A stretch of 64,000 nt of DNA from Candidatus Moraniibacteriota bacterium (GTDB taxonomy: Bacteria; Patescibacteriota; Minisyncoccia; Moranbacterales; UBA9337), in contig JALSQF010000010.1 in assembly GCA_026985555.1 (NCBI GenBank), forward strand, positions 97,163 through 161,162. The letters run 5' to 3'. Shown one piece after another: positions 1 through 8,721 of this stretch. A program made the position numbers and the translations under genes. The first letter of the stretch is position 1; each line of letters starts with the position of its first letter. The notes beneath the pieces are model-generated. The model was not told where the DNA came from and searched no databases. It saw nothing but the letters and a program-made list of their open reading frames with translations.

Positions 1-641
1 ATTTTTCCCAAATCTTCTCCTTTAATATAGTTCATAGCTAAAACTTCTATTTTTACTTGAGGAAAAGAAAAATTAGTTTCTATTTTTATTTTTCTTTGCA
101 CATTTAAAGGTAATTTTAAATATTCAATTTCATCATAGTATTCTTGATCTAATAAATATTTATCTACTATTTCTTTTTTAAATTTAACTTGAGGAAGTTT
201 TACTCCCCAATATTTTAATTTTCTTTTTAATTCATTGTGTGTAATTATAATTTCTCTAAAAGCAATTAAAGGAGGAATTTTGGCTACTCCTAATTTGGTA
301 TTTAATATTTTTATAGCTTCTTTTTGTAATTCAAATTCCTTTTTTCCTTCTCCTTGTGTATATATTTTTAATAGCTTTAAAGCTATTCCTTGCTGAGTAG
401 TATTAGTTTTTTCAAAAAAATCATTATTTAAATTAAATAAAATCTTTAGTTCCTTTTGGGAAACACTTTTAAAATTTATTTTAGTAATAATTCCATTTCG
501 TCCTTTATCCACATAAAAAGAATGTTGCAAAATATTTTCATAAATATTTTCTAGATTTTCTTTTTGTTCTTTGTTTTCTATTTTGTGATTAAGTCTTCTA
601 GAAAGATTTATTTTTTCAAAGTTAATATTAAAAAATCCCAT
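1..641 (-). CDS. Protein kinase-like (Hanks/RIO-like) protein, N-terminal part; runs off the window start
   Basis: Not in the ORF track. Manual translation from ATG at 641 is open to position 1, with VDKGRNGII (Gly-loop-like), IALKLLK (VAxK-like), a following Glu and the hinge-like EVLAMNYIKGEDL. Confidence 0.6.
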   Translation of the reverse strand, partial: MGFFNINFEKINLSRRLNHKIENKEQKENLENIYENILQHSFYVDKGRNGIITKINFKSVSQKELKILFNLNNDFFEKTNTTQQGIALKLLKIYTQGEGKKEFELQKEAIKILNTKLGVAKIPPLIAFREIIITHNELKRKLKYWGVKLPQVKFKKEIVDKYLLDQEYYDEIEYLKLPLNVQRKIKIETNFSFPQVKIEVLAMNYIKGEDLGK

Positions 642-749
642 GGATAAATAGTCTAAAATAAAGAATACTCTTTTCTTATTGTAAAATTTGCTTCTTGTCT
701 TGTCAAATAAATTAAAAATTAGTAAACTAAAAAAAATAATATTAAAAAT

Positions 750-1700
750 ATGCGATTAATTATCAATCTTCCTGCTTATAATGAAGCAGAAAATATTGGA
801 GAAACCATTAAAAACATTCCTAGAAAAATAAAAGGATTTAATGAGGTTTTTGTTCAAGTTATTGATGATGGTTCTATGGATAAAACGGTTCAAATTGCTA
901 AAGAATCTGGAGCTGATTTTATTTATAGCCATTCTAAAAATAGAGGAATTGGAATTACTTTTCGTACAGCCGTTTGTAAAGCATTAGAAAATAAAGCCGA
1001 CTTAATGGTTAATATGGATGCTGATGGACAATTTAATTCATCCGATATTCCTTTATTAATAGAACCTATTTTAAAAGGAGAAGCCGATTTAGTGAGCGCT
1101 GATCGTTTTGGGCAACATAAGCCTAAAAATATACCTTGGATAAAAGATAAATTGAATAGGTTAGCTGCTTGGATTATTAGTAAATTTCTTAATCATAAAA
1201 TCAACGATTTAACTTGTGGTTTTCGCGCCTATTCACGCGAAACAATGTTACGCCTTAATCTTCCAGGAAATTTTACCTATACTCAAGAAGTGATTATAGA
1301 TGCCATAGGAAAAAACTTAAAAGTAAAATGGGTTCCAGTAAAAGTTACTTATTTTACTAATAGGAAATCTAGAGTAGTAAAAAGTCTTTATAGATATATT
1401 AATAATAGTGGAAAAATTATTTTAAAAGCTATTCGTGATGTGCGACCTATGAAATTTTTTGGTATTCCAGGAATAATTCTTTTATTTTTTGCTTTTTTTA
1501 TTTTGGGAATATTCTTTTATCATTATTTCAATAATTTCAAAATAACTCCTTATAAAAATTATCTTTTATTAAGTATCACTTTGCTTTTGGTAGGGTTACA
1601 ATTTATAATTTTTGCTTTAATTGCTGATATGATTAAAACTAATCGTAAGTTAACAGAAGATCAGATTTATTTAATGAGAAAAGAAAAATACAAAAAATAA
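750..1700 (+). CDS. Glycosyltransferase family 2 (DPM1/GtrB-like) with two C-terminal TM helices
   Basis: PAYNE, IDDGS, MDADGQ and DLTCGFRAY motifs. Confidence 0.9.
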   Translation: MRLIINLPAYNEAENIGETIKNIPRKIKGFNEVFVQVIDDGSMDKTVQIAKESGADFIYSHSKNRGIGITFRTAVCKALENKADLMVNMDADGQFNSSDIPLLIEPILKGEADLVSADRFGQHKPKNIPWIKDKLNRLAAWIISKFLNHKINDLTCGFRAYSRETMLRLNLPGNFTYTQEVIIDAIGKNLKVKWVPVKVTYFTNRKSRVVKSLYRYINNSGKIILKAIRDVRPMKFFGIPGIILLFFAFFILGIFFYHYFNNFKITPYKNYLLLSITLLLVGLQFIIFALIADMIKTNRKLTEDQIYLMRKEKYKK

Positions 1701-1719
1701 ATATATTTTAAGTTTTAAA

Positions 1720-2271
1720 TTATTTTCTAATATTGTTTAAAATTATATCAACAACTTCTTGAGGGGAAATTTGATTTGTGTCTACAACTAAATCAAAATG
1801 ATTATCGTCAACCATGTTTTTGATGCCATATAATCTTTCAATTCTTTTTTGGTGATTTTTTTCTCTTTCCTGGGTGCGTTTTTTTATTTCACTAAAAGTT
1901 CCCTGACGAAAAGCAATTCTATGTCCACTCTTATCGTTAGTTATTCTTCGTACCCTTTCATCTAAATCAGCTTTTAATAAAATTTTAAACGAATGAGGAA
2001 TAAAAAACCAACCTAATCGGGAATCTAAAATAAAATTATTTTTAGTTTTTCCTAAATTTTTTTGCAAATTATCAATTTCTTCATCTACTTTTATTTCAGG
2101 ATTTTTTGTTAAAAACTTATCAAATTCATCCATTGTCATTTTATATTTATCACGCGCAATTTTACGAAACATATCACCGCCAGCAATATATTGATAGTTT
2201 AATTTTTTAGCCAACATTCTTCCAACAGTTCCTTTACCTGCTCCAGGTAATCCGCTTAATGTGATTATCAT
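1720..2271 (-). CDS. cmk: Cytidylate kinase, archaeal/type 2 family
   Basis: ITLSGLPGAGKGT P-loop, GDMFR, DSRLG, LYGI...FDLVVDT. Confidence 0.8.
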   Translation of the reverse strand: MIITLSGLPGAGKGTVGRMLAKKLNYQYIAGGDMFRKIARDKYKMTMDEFDKFLTKNPEIKVDEEIDNLQKNLGKTKNNFILDSRLGWFFIPHSFKILLKADLDERVRRITNDKSGHRIAFRQGTFSEIKKRTQEREKNHQKRIERLYGIKNMVDDNHFDLVVDTNQISPQEVVDIILNNIRK

Positions 2272-2351
2272 AAACTATATAATTTTAACTATTGACAGCT
2301 TAAATAAAAAGCATTTAGTATAAATTTATAATAAACTATTATATTCTTTTT

Positions 2352-3437
2352 ATGCAAAAAAACAAGAGCTTAAAAATTTTATTCATTAGTCGTGCTTATC
2401 CTCCCACTATTGGTGGTATAGAAAATCAAAATTATGAAATTTCTCAATGGTTAAGTAAAATTAGCACAGTTAAAACAATTGCTAATCCCTATGGTAAAAA
2501 ATTTTTTCCTATTTTTTTCTTAATAGCTTTATTTAAAAGTTTAAAATTAATGCGTTCTTATGATGTTTTGTTGTTAGGTGACGGAACTTTAGCTTTGCTG
2601 GGTTGGATTATAAAAAAAGTTTATCATAAACCGGTTGTAAGTATTGTGCATGGACTAGATATTACTTATCCATTTTTTCTTTATCAAAAATTATGGGTTA
2701 AATTTTTCTTACCAAAATTAGATAAATTAATTGCGGTGGGAAAAGAAACTATTCGTCAAGGAGTAAAAAAAGGAATACCAGAAGAAAAATTTATTTTTAT
2801 ACCTAATGGTGTAGTAACAGAAAAATTTCAAGGAGATTATTCACGTAATGATCTTAATCGTATTACTAATTTAAACTTAAGTGGAAAAAAAATAATTTTA
2901 ACCTTAGGAAGATTAGCTAAACGTAAAGGAGTGGTATGGTTTATTGAAAATGTTATGCCTGATTTAGATAATGACGTTATCTATTTAATTGCTGGTGACG
3001 GACAAGAAAAAGAAAAAATTAAAGAGGTTATTAAGAAAAACGATTTACAAGATAAAGTAAAATTATTTACACAATTTAATGATGAGGAAAGAAAAATTTT
3101 ATATAATACAGCAGATTTATTTGTTCAACCCAATATTCAAGTAACAGGAGATATGGAAGGATTTGGATTGGTAGTTTTAGAGGCTGGTTCAGCTCAAAGG
3201 GTAGTTATTGCTTCTGAAATAGAAGGACTACAAGATGCTATTCAAAATGGTAAAAATGGTTTTTTGGTAGAAAGCGCTAATAAAGAACGTTGGATAAAAA
3301 AAATAGAAGCTATTTTAAAAGATGATTCTTTTAGAGAAATATTTGGACAACGTGCTTCAGAGTATGTTAATAAAAATTATCATTGGAAAGAAATCTCTCA
3401 AAAATATTTATCCGCTTTAAATTCTTTAGTATCTTGA
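2352..3437 (+). CDS. Glycosyltransferase family 4
   Basis: YPPTIGG, IPNGV, GRLAKRKG, EGFGLVVLEA. Confidence 0.9.
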   Translation: MQKNKSLKILFISRAYPPTIGGIENQNYEISQWLSKISTVKTIANPYGKKFFPIFFLIALFKSLKLMRSYDVLLLGDGTLALLGWIIKKVYHKPVVSIVHGLDITYPFFLYQKLWVKFFLPKLDKLIAVGKETIRQGVKKGIPEEKFIFIPNGVVTEKFQGDYSRNDLNRITNLNLSGKKIILTLGRLAKRKGVVWFIENVMPDLDNDVIYLIAGDGQEKEKIKEVIKKNDLQDKVKLFTQFNDEERKILYNTADLFVQPNIQVTGDMEGFGLVVLEAGSAQRVVIASEIEGLQDAIQNGKNGFLVESANKERWIKKIEAILKDDSFREIFGQRASEYVNKNYHWKEISQKYLSALNSLVS

Positions 3438-3598
3438 AAGTTTGTACTTAATAAAAATTAAAAATATTTTATATTTGAATAATTTAAATATTTTAATTTT
3501 TTATATTTTTTTAAATATTTTTTTGTGTTAAAATAAAAGAGTTATTACAATTATTTATTATTAATGATATAAGTTTTAAAAACACTTTTAATTAACCA

Positions 3599-5812
3599 AT
3601 GGCTTTTTTAAGCGAACAAATATTATTTTATTTATCTCTTTTAGTTGTCTTGATTCTTCCTGGATGGTTTTTGTTAGATGCTATTTTTCTTTTATCTCAA
3701 AACAAAAATAATAAAAAATATCAGCCTAAAAAAGAAAGGATTAATTTGTTTGAAAGAGTAAGTTTGTCAGTTTCTCTCAGCATTATAGTCGTTAATTTTT
3801 TATTGTTAGCCACAAAAAACACACATATTTTATTAGATGGAAAAAATATACTAATAATTATCGGTTCTTTTATTTTTTTAACTTGGTTGTTTTCTCGGAG
3901 AGCTAATTTAGTTGATGAATGGGAAGATATTAATGAAAAAAAAGATATTTATAAAAACAAGATAAAAATTAAACGGGCTAAAACATTAGTAGCTATTCTA
4001 ACTTTATTTTTATTGGGTCCGCTTTGGGCACTTTCTTCTCCCCAAACAAAATTTGTTAGTGGAGGAGTCATAGGTAATGTTATTGGAAACTTAATTATAC
4101 CTACTGCTCTCTATTTTTATTTAAGGGCCCTGCAAGAAAAAAGTAAAAAATTCTTGATTTTAGGTTTTTTTTCTACTCTAGGATTATTTTACATTCATCA
4201 TCTTTCTAGTTTTGTTTTTCTTTTTATAGTTCTTTTTATTTTATTAACTAATTTGTTATTCTATTTAATTATCAATTTTTGGCCTTCTTTAAAATGGTTT
4301 CAAATTAATATCATAGACAATCTTTCCTTTAACAATTTAAAAAAAGAAGATAAGAATCAAAATAATTCAGAACAATATTATAATTTTTCTAAAATAAAAA
4401 AAAGAAAAACTTATTTAAACCATAAAATTATTACCAGTAGCTTAATTATTCTCATTTTTTTTCTAACTATTTCTATTCGTGTTCTTTATCTAGAAAAAAC
4501 AATTTTTCCTACAGCTACTGATTTAGGACATCATCTTTACTGGTCTTCACAAATCGTAGCTAATAAGCATATTGTTCCTTATCAAAAATTAGCTATTTTA
4601 GAAAAAAATAATCACTATTTTTTAGAAAAAAAACGTATAGCCGATTTTATTATAGGAGAACATTTGATTTTTGTGGCCATTCATTTAATCTCTAATATTA
4701 GTTTTGTTTCTTATTTTCCAACCCTAGTATTGTTTTTTATTAACCTAGCTACTCTTTTAGTAATTTTTAATTTAGTTTATTATATTTTACCAGAAGAAGA
4801 ATGGTTAATTTTAACTAAAAATAAAATTAATTTAAAAAAAGATGAGAATGATTTTTTGTTTGTTTCTAAAAAAACAGAAAAAATAAAAGAATATTTCAAA
4901 TTATTTTTCAATCCCTATGTTTTTCTTTTTTTAACTTTATCTTTAGCTTATATTTATTTTATTTATTTGCCTTCCTATTTACAAATTCATGCCGTCAAAA
5001 CTGCCGTAGGAACTCCTTCTAAAGCTACTCGCGCAGGTTACACTTGGAGCGAAATTAAATATCAATTAAGTGGGATGCGTTTCGTTCTATTTTTAGGTGG
5101 TTTTTTTATAGTTTCTTTCTTTACTTTTTTTCGTCGTTTTCCTATTTTGAATGCTTCCTTAATTATTGGCTGGTTATCAGGTATTTTTTTGATGGTCTGG
5201 CGTCCTCAATGGCTATACATTAACATTCCTTCTGGAAGATTAATTACTTATCTTATTTTTCCTGTAGCTATTTTAAACGCTTTAGCTTTTGTTTTTTTCT
5301 TTTTAAAAAAGAAAGATCGGAGCGTTAGTTATTGGTTTACGTTTTTGGGATATTTGATTTTAGGAATATTAATTTTTTCTGGAGTTAAAGATAATATAGA
5401 TATTATCAATAAAACAAAGAATACTAAAAATCAACTGGCTTTAGCTACTTTTCATACTGCTCAATATCTTTCTAAAAAAATTGATGTTAAAAAAGAAAAC
5501 ATTGTTAAGGATCATAATTATTTAGTAGCTGATACTTGGATGAAAATATTTTTTCATCAAGACTATAATTATCCTCTTTCTCGTGGTTATTTTAAACGTT
5601 ATCAAGATAAAACTAAATCAAGAGAACATTGCACCTTGTGGATGATTTCTGAACCTAATTCTCAAGAAGCGCAAAAATGTTATCAAGATTTAAAAATAAA
5701 ATATATTATTATTAATCCTCAGTTTGATAAATTTCAATTTGAAAACTCTAATCAGTTTTGGAAAGTATACGATGGAAAGGAAATTGCTATCTATAGATAT
5801 AATCCATTTTAA
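3599..5812 (+). CDS. Polytopic GT-C-like membrane protein with apparently permuted internal blocks
   Basis: More than 10 hydrophobic helices; TDLGHH, GEH and HHLS motifs; soluble C-terminal domain ending IKYIII...KVY..EIAIYRY. Confidence 0.65.
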   Translation: MAFLSEQILFYLSLLVVLILPGWFLLDAIFLLSQNKNNKKYQPKKERINLFERVSLSVSLSIIVVNFLLLATKNTHILLDGKNILIIIGSFIFLTWLFSRRANLVDEWEDINEKKDIYKNKIKIKRAKTLVAILTLFLLGPLWALSSPQTKFVSGGVIGNVIGNLIIPTALYFYLRALQEKSKKFLILGFFSTLGLFYIHHLSSFVFLFIVLFILLTNLLFYLIINFWPSLKWFQINIIDNLSFNNLKKEDKNQNNSEQYYNFSKIKKRKTYLNHKIITSSLIILIFFLTISIRVLYLEKTIFPTATDLGHHLYWSSQIVANKHIVPYQKLAILEKNNHYFLEKKRIADFIIGEHLIFVAIHLISNISFVSYFPTLVLFFINLATLLVIFNLVYYILPEEEWLILTKNKINLKKDENDFLFVSKKTEKIKEYFKLFFNPYVFLFLTLSLAYIYFIYLPSYLQIHAVKTAVGTPSKATRAGYTWSEIKYQLSGMRFVLFLGGFFIVSFFTFFRRFPILNASLIIGWLSGIFLMVWRPQWLYINIPSGRLITYLIFPVAILNALAFVFFFLKKKDRSVSYWFTFLGYLILGILIFSGVKDNIDIINKTKNTKNQLALATFHTAQYLSKKIDVKKENIVKDHNYLVADTWMKIFFHQDYNYPLSRGYFKRYQDKTKSREHCTLWMISEPNSQEAQKCYQDLKIKYIIINPQFDKFQFENSNQFWKVYDGKEIAIYRYNPF

Positions 5813-5824
5813 TTAAAGTAAATT

Positions 5825-6172
5825 ATGTATCCAAAAGTTATTTTCTTTTTCCTAACCCTTTTTATTATAAGTAGTTTTTCTTGGTTGGCTTATCAAGAGA
5901 AGAAACAAGAAGAGATTAAAAATCAATGGTTTCTTTATTTTCAAAATCCGCAACAGCCAGATTTAAATTTTGTAATAGAAAACTATACTGACAATAAAAA
6001 TTTTAAGTGGTTACTTTTAAAAAATGAACAGCTTGTAAAAAAAGAAGATATGATTATTAAAAACAAAGAAAATAAAGAAATAAAAATTAATTCAAATAAT
6101 TTTTCAGGAAAAATAATTGTTAAAGTTCAACACAATGGAGAAGAAAAAGAAATTTATAAAATTCTCAAATAA
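5825..6172 (+). CDS. Small membrane-anchored hypothetical protein
   Basis: N-terminal TM helix; starts 12 nt after the previous gene. Confidence 0.65.
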   Translation: MYPKVIFFFLTLFIISSFSWLAYQEKKQEEIKNQWFLYFQNPQQPDLNFVIENYTDNKNFKWLLLKNEQLVKKEDMIIKNKENKEIKINSNNFSGKIIVKVQHNGEEKEIYKILK

Positions 6173-6177
6173 AAAAA

Positions 6178-6238
6178 CCACGTTCCTGAAAGGCCAAATT
6201 AAATTGTTAATTTGGGAAAGCTTAAACTTTCAACGTGG
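6178..6238 (-). terminator. Branched (four-way junction) hairpin followed by U7 on the minus strand; probable terminator of the ncRNA
   Basis: CCACGTT/AACGTGG closes three perfect sub-hairpins; A7 run at 6171-6177. Confidence 0.55.
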
Positions 6239-6254
6239 AATAATTTTTAAAATA

Positions 6255-6412
6255 ATCCTGTCAGGCACTCCGCCAATTCTCCTTTAAGCGCGTTCAACAT
6301 CTTGCCAAGAACGTGGCTCCTCTATTGAAAAACGCTCTGAAACGGAGGAGCAGCAATTAGGAACGGAGAATTTAAAATATTTTTCCCAATCACTACTGAA
6401 CCCTGACAGGAT
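6255..6412 (-). ncRNA. ssrS: Structured ncRNA, probable 6S RNA
   Basis: GC-rich intergenic island of about 160 nt. Helices ATCCTGTCAGG/CCTGACAGGAT, AATTCTCC/GGAGAATT and GCTCCTC/GAGGAGC; 5' GTTC and 3' TTGAAC/GGCGG resemble 6S motifs; own minus-strand promoter. Confidence 0.55.
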
Positions 6413-6424
6413 GCATGCATTAGT

Positions 6425-6453
6425 AAGTTAGCGTAATTATTAAAAATTGTCAA
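6425..6453 (-). promoter_or_regulatory. Sigma70-type promoter of the ncRNA
   Basis: TTGACA-N17-TAACTT on the minus strand just upstream of the terminal helix. Confidence 0.6.
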
Positions 6454-6486
6454 GATTTTCTTACTTAAAAAATTAACTTTAAAATT

Positions 6487-7644
6487 ATGAAAGAGAAAAA
6501 AATTTTATATATTACTCGTCCTCTTTCCCCTCCTTGGGATGAAGCCAGTAAAAATTTTGCTTATAATTTAGCTCAACAAATAGCTTTAAAAAATTCCAAT
6601 TTTGAAATCAACATTTTAACTAAAAAAAAATTAACTAATCTTTCTTCTAATATTAGACAATATTCTATTTATACTTCTTCACAAAACGATTTCAATTGGC
6701 GCCAAAAAAAATATCTTTTTCAATTTTTATTAAAAACGATTCTTCAAAATAAATTTAATCTCTGGCACTCTTTTTTTACTCCAACCAAAATGAACACTTT
6801 TTTATTAAAAACTATTTTCAATCTTTCTTTTAAAAAAAATAAACCTAGAACTATTCAAACCATAGCCACCTTACGAGAAGATCTTTACTCAGAAAAAGAA
6901 TTTAAAAAAATACTTTTTGCTGATTGGCTAATAACTTATTCTCACTATGCCTTAAAACGTTTGAAAAAAATGGGATTTAAAAATGTTACTCAAATTTATC
7001 CCGGTATTGATTTAAAAAAATTTAAATTAACTTCTAAAAATTCTTTTCTTTTAAAAAAATATAATTTTTCTCAAAATGATTTCATCATTAATTTCACAGG
7101 AGAATATGTGCGTTTAAACGCTATAGATGATGTAATAAGTTCTTTTTTAGAAATAAGTCAAAAAATTCCTCAAGCTAAATTATCTCTAGCAGTCAGAGTT
7201 AAAAATTCTCAAGACGCGCAAAAGAAAAAAGAAGTTATTCAATTTCTTCAAAAGAATAATTTATTAAAAAGAGTAGCATTTCACGATGATGGAAATTATA
7301 CTATGTCTGATATTTATAATTTAGCTGATGTTAGTCTTTTCCCTGTTCAAAATATGCAAGGAAAATTTGATATACCCTTAGCAGTTATAGAAGCTATGGC
7401 TTGTGAAAAACCGGTAGTTATTTCTGATATTCCTATTTTACAAGAATTTTCTAATCAAAAAAATTCAGTTCAAATAAAAGCCGGAAATTTTAAACAACTA
7501 TCTAATGCTGTTATAGATCTTTATAAAAATCCAGAAAAAAGATTAAAAATCGGAAAACGAGCTCGGCAATATGTCAAAAATAACTTTAATTTAGAAAATG
7601 CAGAGCAAAAATATTCTCAATTATACCATTCTTTATTAAAATAA
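6487..7644 (+). CDS. Glycosyltransferase family 4
   Basis: IYPGID, PLAVIEAMACEKPVVISD. Confidence 0.85.
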   Translation: MKEKKILYITRPLSPPWDEASKNFAYNLAQQIALKNSNFEINILTKKKLTNLSSNIRQYSIYTSSQNDFNWRQKKYLFQFLLKTILQNKFNLWHSFFTPTKMNTFLLKTIFNLSFKKNKPRTIQTIATLREDLYSEKEFKKILFADWLITYSHYALKRLKKMGFKNVTQIYPGIDLKKFKLTSKNSFLLKKYNFSQNDFIINFTGEYVRLNAIDDVISSFLEISQKIPQAKLSLAVRVKNSQDAQKKKEVIQFLQKNNLLKRVAFHDDGNYTMSDIYNLADVSLFPVQNMQGKFDIPLAVIEAMACEKPVVISDIPILQEFSNQKNSVQIKAGNFKQLSNAVIDLYKNPEKRLKIGKRARQYVKNNFNLENAEQKYSQLYHSLLK

Positions 7645-7764
7645 ACTCAAATTAAAAATAGAAAACTCTTAAGAATTTTTCCTGCGTTTTACCTCGTAAA
7701 CACTTCTATTTGATAAAATTTAACCAATAAATACAAACTAAAAAATAATAGATAAAATTATAAT

Positions 7765-8718
7765 CTATAAAGTTGTAATTGGTCTTGATTGAACAATATA
7801 AAATTTTCCTTTTTCAAGAGCCCACTCAATATCTTGCGGATAGTTGTAGTGTTTTTCTATTCTTTGACAAATTTCAGCAAGTTCCAGAATTTGTTTATCG
7901 GTTAATTTTTGTTTTTCTTGTTTAGCTTTTAAAACTTTAGTGTCCTTAGTTTTACCATTGATTTTTGTTATCATTTTTTCTTGTTTTGAAATATTCTTAT
8001 CTAAAATTTTAAATCCTTTTCTTTTTTTATGCTTGTGAATTATATAAGTATCGGGAGTTATTTTGCCACCAACAATTGCCTCTCCTAAACCATATCCAGC
8101 TTCAATAACCATTTGGTTTCTATTTTCAGTAACAGGATGAACAGTAAAACAAATTCCTGATATTTCAGATTGAATCATTGTTTGAATTACAACAGAAACA
8201 AAAACTTTTTGTTTATGCAAGTTTTTTTCATATCTGTAAAAAATTGCTCTTGGTGTAAACAATGATGACCAACATTTTTTTACTGATTCTAAAAGATTTT
8301 TTTCCGTTACATTTAAATAACTTTCAAGTTCTCCTGCCCAAGATGCAATTGAAGAATCTTCAGCGGTGGCAGAAGAACGAACCGCAACGTATTGAGTGTT
8401 AAGCTTTAAAAACTCATTTTTTATTTTATTTCCGATATCTGTTGGAAAGTTTGCATCATGAATTAAATCCCTAATTTTTTCTGATGTTCTTTCTATCGTT
8501 TCAATGTTTTTATAATCTACTTTACTTAGAGCTGCTTCAATTTCTATTCCTAAATCAGTTTCCTCTAAAAATTTTTCATAAGCTGAAGATAAAACAACAA
8601 ACCCTGGCGGTACAGGAATTTTAGCTCTTGTCATTTCCCCAAGCGAAGCACCCTTACCTCCAGCAATTGCTACATCATGCTTAGTTAAATTTTTAAAAGA
8701 TTTTACAATTTTACTCAT
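7765..8718 (-). CDS. Stand-alone PEP/pyruvate-binding (PPDK_N, ATP-grasp) domain protein
   Basis: GGKGASLGEM, VPPGF, AVRSSATAEDS, GLGEAIVGG, QDIEWA; ends at QSRPITTL. Confidence 0.9.
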   Translation of the reverse strand: MSKIVKSFKNLTKHDVAIAGGKGASLGEMTRAKIPVPPGFVVLSSAYEKFLEETDLGIEIEAALSKVDYKNIETIERTSEKIRDLIHDANFPTDIGNKIKNEFLKLNTQYVAVRSSATAEDSSIASWAGELESYLNVTEKNLLESVKKCWSSLFTPRAIFYRYEKNLHKQKVFVSVVIQTMIQSEISGICFTVHPVTENRNQMVIEAGYGLGEAIVGGKITPDTYIIHKHKKRKGFKILDKNISKQEKMITKINGKTKDTKVLKAKQEKQKLTDKQILELAEICQRIEKHYNYPQDIEWALEKGKFYIVQSRPITTL

Positions 8719-8721
8719 AAT

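Noticed and set aside
6334-6354. GGAGGAGCAGC resembling the SRP RNA motif
   Set aside because: It lacks the CAGG...GNRA helix-8 context, and the promoter and terminator indicate the opposite strand.
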